64,000 bases of DNA from an uncultured Chthonomonadaceae bacterium (GTDB taxonomy: Bacteria > Armatimonadota > Chthonomonadetes > Chthonomonadales > Chthonomonadaceae): the NCBI GenBank assembly GCA_963817895.1, contig CAWFQB010000003.1:448001-512000 (forward strand). Reading direction: 5' to 3'. The notes under the pieces were generated by a model. That model made no database searches, had not been told where the DNA came from, and was given only the letters and a program-made list of their open reading frames with translations. Positions within the stretch are counted from its first letter, which is position 1. Each line of letters begins with the position of its first letter. The translations under genes were made by a program, and so were the position numbers. Below, piece by piece: positions 59,479-64,000 of this stretch.

Positions 59479-59550
59479 CTGCAAGCGGGTGGCGCGTATC
59501 CCGATAGCCGGTACGCCCACCCGTCCGCCGATACAGCCGCCCAACTCTCC

Positions 59551-59580
59551 TTGTCAAACTCCCTCCGCCTTTGCTATAAT
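59551..59580 (+). promoter_or_regulatory. sigma70-type promoter
   Basis: TTGTCA, 18 bp, TGcTATAAT. Confidence 0.6.
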
Positions 59581-59991
59581 GTCTGTATAGGGCGTAGACG
59601 TTGCTCTGTGAAAATTGAGCGTTGAAGAGAAAACGATGGTAACAGTTGCGATTGATGAAGCCTTGGATACGGGATTGGAAGTTGACCTGATGCTTCGCCT
59701 GTAAAAGAGGGTTGTTGTACATTCGGGAACATCCTGCGGGGCGAGACCGTCCTTACAGCAACAGTCCGCATTGTTGTCAAGTGGCAACAATGGAGAACTG
59801 TTTGCATTGTGAAGCAGTACAAACACTCGTGAGCGCCGCATTATGCGGCTTCCCTAACCCTGACAGGCATGACCATATTTCGCGGCGGTTCGTAAAGATC
59901 GCTGACGTATATGCTGTCTGTCACAATCAAATAGAGTTGAAATCGCGTTTCGCGCCTCTGGATGGGCGTCGAAAACGCAAGGAGAACCGAG

Positions 59992-60243
59992 ATGTTATTC
60001 TGGATTATTGTTGGCATTATCGCGGGCGCGCTCGCGAAAGCGGTTGTTCCGGGCGAAGGCCCCGGCGGTATTCTGGGCGACCTGATTGTCGGCATTGTGG
60101 GCGCGATGATCGGTGGGTTCCTCGCGGGCGCGTTCGGGCTTGCGGCCTACGGATTCATCGGCACAACCGTCGTTGCCTTCATCGGCGCGGTTGTCCTGCT
60201 GTTCCTGCTGCGCGCGTTCACCACGCGCCGCGCGGTTCATTAA
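59992..60243 (+). CDS. GlsB/YeaQ/YmgE stress membrane protein
   Basis: WIIVGIIAGALAK...GIVGAMIGG...AFIGAVVLL. Confidence 0.92.
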   Translation: MLFWIIVGIIAGALAKAVVPGEGPGGILGDLIVGIVGAMIGGFLAGAFGLAAYGFIGTTVVAFIGAVVLLFLLRAFTTRRAVH

Positions 60244-60500
60244 CCTACTGCCTGCGTTCGGTGTTTGGAAACAGACGCTTGTTTGAAAATTTACCTGTGG
60301 ATATACGGTACGCTGCTAAAGAAAGCCGCTGATTACGCCGAATATGAAGTGCCATCGGAAATCACTCCTGCAACTTCATACGGGCATAATCTTGAAAATA
60401 GCGGCACAATCGAATAGAGACAACTGAATAGCGCTCAAAAACTGAATAGAGACTCGCCTTGAAATCGCATACCGTATTTTCATCGCCAAACCGATGTTCG

Positions 60501-60537
60501 ACGAGGCCGGAACAATAATAAATTGTTCCGGCCTCGT
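60501..60537. terminator. hairpin terminator
   Basis: acgaggccggaacaat / attgttccggcctcgt. Confidence 0.7.
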
Positions 60538-60549
60538 TGTTTTGGGAAG

Positions 60550-60601
60550 GTGAGAGTGGAGAGTGAGAGAACAGGCATTTACTCTCACTCTCCACTCTCA
60601 C
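60550..60601. repeat. mirrored GAGAGT(G) element, 20-bp perfect arms
   Basis: gtgagagtggagagtgagag / ctctcactctccactctcac next to the apt stop. Confidence 0.85.
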
Positions 60602-60604
60602 TCT

Positions 60605-61130
60605 TCACTCGTACCGTATCAACGAATTAATCTCATACGCGCTCAGGGCTTTGCGGCCATCCAGAAAATTCAGTTCGGCGAGAAAGCCGCAGCCGGCCAC
60701 TTTGCCCCCCACGCGCTCAATCAGGCGACAGGCTGCCGCCGCCGTGCCGCCCGTTGCCAGCAGGTCGTCAATCACCAGAATACGCTGTCCGGGCTTGATG
60801 GCGTCGGCGTGCATTTCTACCGTATTCGTGCCGTACTCCAGCGCGTACTCTTCCGTGACCCGCGCGCCGGGCAGTTTGCCCAATTTGCGCAGGGGCACAA
60901 AGCCGACATTGAGCGCGAGCGCAAGGCCGGTTCCGAAAGATAAAACCCCGCGCCTCGATGCCCATCACCAGATCGGGGTTCAAGCCTTTGCCCCATTCCG
61001 CCAGTACATCTATCACTTGTTTCAGCGCGGCGGCGTCCTGCACAACCGGGGTGATGTCTTTGAAAACAATGCCGGGTATCGGAAAATCCGGCACATCGCG
61101 AATCAGGCTTTCGGCCAGCAGTTTGTCCAT
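60605..61130 (-). CDS. apt: adenine phosphoribosyltransferase (indel near 60935)
   Basis: [36 protein letters not shown]. Confidence 0.95.
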
Positions 61131-61134
61131 TAGG

Positions 61135-62258
61135 TTACTCCTCAATTAGGCAAGTATTGACTTCTTTATCGGCAATCCGCCCCGTTTGCGTCACGGCTTT
61201 TTGGGGTTGCGCTTCCAGTAAACTGGTTTCGTAGGGCGGCTCGATAACGCCGCGCTCGGTGATGAAGGCCGTGATGAGTTCGCCGGGAGTCACGTCGAAG
61301 GACGGGATTCAGCACCGCTACACCCTCCGGCGCGACGCGGATGCCCTCGATGTGCGTCACTTCCACGGACTCGCGATCTTCAATGGGGATTTGCAGCCCG
61401 GACGCGAGTTTCATGTCAATGGTGGAAAACGGCGCGGCCACGTAAAAAGGAATATTGTGGTGACGGGCAAGCACGGCAAGGCTGTACGTGCCGATTTTGT
61501 TGGCGGTATCGCCATTCGCCGCGATGCGATCCGCGCCGACAATCACGCAGTCCACTTTGCCCTGCCGCATCAACGCGCCCGCCATGTTGTCGGCGATCAC
61601 GGTGACGGGAATGTTGTCGCGCTGCAATTCCCAGGCGGTCAGTTTCATGCCCTGCAAGCCGGGGACGGGTTTCGTCGGCATAAACGTGAATGCGCTTGCC
61701 CTCTTCCACAGCGGCGCGAATCACGCCCAGCGCCGTGCCATATCCCACCGTCGCCAGCGCGCCCGCGTTGCAGTGCGTCAGCACATTGCCCTGCGCGGGC
61801 ATTAAATCGGCCCCGAATTTGCCCATGCGCCGGTTGGCCGCAATATCCTCGTCCAGCATCAGCCGCGCTTCGGAAAGCATGGCGTCTTTGATGTCCACGG
61901 GGTTGCCGTCCGTGTTTTCCGCCACATCCAGCATCCGGTCAATGGCCCAGAACAGATTCACGGCAGTAGGGCGGGCGGCGCGAAACGTGTCGGCAATGCC
62001 CGTGATACGCTTGAGGAACGATTCGCGGCTGTCGGCGATGATGCCCCGCGCGCCCAGCGCGATGCCCAGAGCCGCCGCGCAGCCAATAGCGGGCGCGCCG
62101 CGCACGACCATCGTGCGTATCGCTTCGGACACTTCGCGCCAGTCGGCCATCTCCACGTACTGCAATTTTTCCGGCAGCGCGGTCTGGTCAATCAGGCGAA
62201 CCTTGCCGCTCTGCCACGCGACCGTTTGCAACTCTTTGTTCTGCGCCCCTAGCTGCAT
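61135..62258 (-). CDS. mtnA: S-methyl-5-thioribose-1-phosphate isomerase (indels near 61668 and 61305)
   Basis: [41 protein letters not shown]. Confidence 0.95.
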
Positions 62259-62282
62259 GTTGTCTCCTTCGGAGAGTAGATA

Positions 62283-62412
62283 GGTAGATGGGTAGATGGT
62301 AGATAGGTAGGAATGCCGCCTAACCTAAAGATGAGTTCAAACAACAATAACATTGTATCAGGCAACTAATGGAGGTTGCAGTTCCTACCTATCTACCATC
62401 TACCCATCTACC
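62283..62412. repeat. mirrored GGTAGAT(R) element, 31-bp perfect arms
   Basis: ggtagatgggtagatggtagataggtaggaa (62283-62313) / reverse complement (62382-62412) containing the mtnP stop. Confidence 0.95.
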
Positions 62413-63217
62413 CTACTACTACTTTCGCATTATCCAGCGCATGATGGCACGGGCTGTCCAGATCGAGGGGGATGCGGCGTATCAGGTCCAGCACCACGCT
62501 TTTGATGCGCGAGGCGTTCTTCTGAAACACGGCGAACACCTCGTCGGCCTGCACGGGAGCCACGTCGCCCTCCGCGACAAGGCCGCTGTCATAATCGGTA
62601 ATCAGGGAAATATTCACGACGGCGATGTTTTGTTCCAGCGCGAGATACGCTTCCGGGTACTGCGTCATGCCGATCACTTCCCAACCCGCCGACGTGAACC
62701 AGTTGCTTTCCGCTTTGGTGGAAAAGCGCGGCCCGCCGATCACGACCAGGGTTCCCCGCTCATGCACGGTGATGCCATGTTCTTTGATAACGTCAATGGC
62801 ATACTGGCGCAGATGCGGGCAGTAGGGGTCCGCGCTGCTGACGTGATAAACGTCCGGGCCGTCGTAAAACGTGTCTTTGCGCCCGCGCGTCCGGTCTACA
62901 TACTGGTCGCAAACCACAAAATGTTCGGGTTCGACGTGCCGCTGCAAACTGCCTGCCGCGCACGGGCTGATGAGAAACTTCACGCCCAAATGTTTCATCG
63001 CCCACACATTGGCGCGGTAATTGATGTTGTGCGGCGGAATGGTATGGTGGCGGCCATGCCGGGGCAAAAACGCGACCCGCTTGCCGTCGAGTTCCGCCAG
63101 AAACACGCTGTCGCTCGGCGGGCCGTAGGGCGTTTCGATCTGCACTTCGCGCACATTGTCAAGCAGGGAGTAAAACCCGCTGCCGCCAAAAACGCCAATA
63201 TCTGCGGCAGGCGGCAT
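62408..63217 (-). CDS. mtnP: S-methyl-5'-thioadenosine phosphorylase
   Basis: GVFGGSG, TPYGPPS, PRHG, GPRFSTKAES, TDYD. Confidence 0.95.
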   Translation of the reverse strand: MPPAADIGVFGGSGFYSLLDNVREVQIETPYGPPSDSVFLAELDGKRVAFLPRHGRHHTIPPHNINYRANVWAMKHLGVKFLISPCAAGSLQRHVEPEHFVVCDQYVDRTRGRKDTFYDGPDVYHVSSADPYCPHLRQYAIDVIKEHGITVHERGTLVVIGGPRFSTKAESNWFTSAGWEVIGMTQYPEAYLALEQNIAVVNISLITDYDSGLVAEGDVAPVQADEVFAVFQKNASRIKSVVLDLIRRIPLDLDSPCHHALDNAKVVVG

Positions 63218-63382
63218 ATTTCATCAGAAGACATGTTCACCTGAAACTCTAATTTATTTACAACCAAACCATTTTACCCCGATTCACGCTCAGCTCAATG
63301 CCGTCAATTCTGCCGTATCCGGGGTTAATGTCCACGGATCTGTTTGTGTCTTCAACGAAAATGGGGGTTTCGACAAACGTCA

Positions 63383-64000
63383 TCATCGGACAGACGCGAC
63401 TGCTTCTGTAGGTTCCGGCAGCGGGGGTGGGAACAGGCGCGGGAGGTTTTCCAGCGCGTTGAAGGCGGCGGCCTGCTCTGCCTCTTTTTTGCTTTTGCCC
63501 TGCCCGCTGCCGATGATGGTTTCGCCGACAACGGCCTGCGCCACAAAGGTTTTGTCGTGTTCGTGGCCCGATTCATCTACCGTGCGATAAATGGGAGTCA
63601 GGCGCAGCTGCGCCTGCGTGTGTTCCTGCAGGGAAGATTTGTAGTCGCGGCGATGCTCGTCATGCGCCACTTCGTCAAAGGCGGGCTGTAGCGGATTTGC
63701 GGACCACCCGGCGCGCGGCCACGATGCCGCAGTCCAGATAGATAGCGGCGACAACGGCCTCGAACGCATCCGACAAAATAGAGCGCCGCCGCCGCCCGCC
63801 GGAAGCCGCTTCACTCGCGCTCATCACCATGAACTCTTCCAGTCCCAACGCCTGCGCCGCATCGGCAAGAGCGGACTCGCTGACAATATAGGCTTTGGAT
63901 TTGGCGAGATTGCCCTCGCTGTAACCGGGAAACATGCGGAACAGGTTTTCGCAGATGACCAGTCCCACAACCGAATCGCCCAAAAATTCCAGCCGCTCGT
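63383..64000 (-). CDS. rnc: ribonuclease III (5' end outside window; indel near 63690)
   Basis: ERLEFLGDS, DAFEAVVAAIYLD, dsRBD DYKSSLQE...SKKEAEQAAA. Confidence 0.95.

Noticed and set aside
60395..60453. Four AATAG-containing short repeats as an operator or iteron array
   Set aside because: Irregular spacing (16, 14, 18) and located between convergent genes.

Overview
GC-rich diderm bacterial chromosome segment, most likely Armatimonadota (inferred from PEP-CTERM, LptD-like, minCDE and the 'LLRAS'-tailed HEAT proteins). It is mostly housekeeping DNA: typA, guaB, glcD, tRNA-Met, minCDE, alaS, trxC, an acuC-like gene, apt-mtnA-mtnP-rnc, a heterodimeric ABC exporter, Anbu and HerA. About 20 single-base indels break conserved genes and are probably long-read errors. 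Main observations: (1) a probable selenoprotein, with an in-frame TGA at the UxxC position of a redoxin domain and a SECIS-like hairpin; (2) a pervasive system of 7-9-mer microsatellite arrays, often as mirror-image inverted arms around short spacers, tied to stop codons with a strand polarity and also inserted in frame inside genes; (3) a 775-bp integrase-less toxin-antitoxin cassette inserted through a 121-bp duplication of the guaB 3' end; (4) an orphan phage MuF-type zincin/immunity-like gene pair; (5) a PEP-CTERM gene flanked by a duplicated tail plus hairpin. All calls come from reading the sequence; no searches were run.
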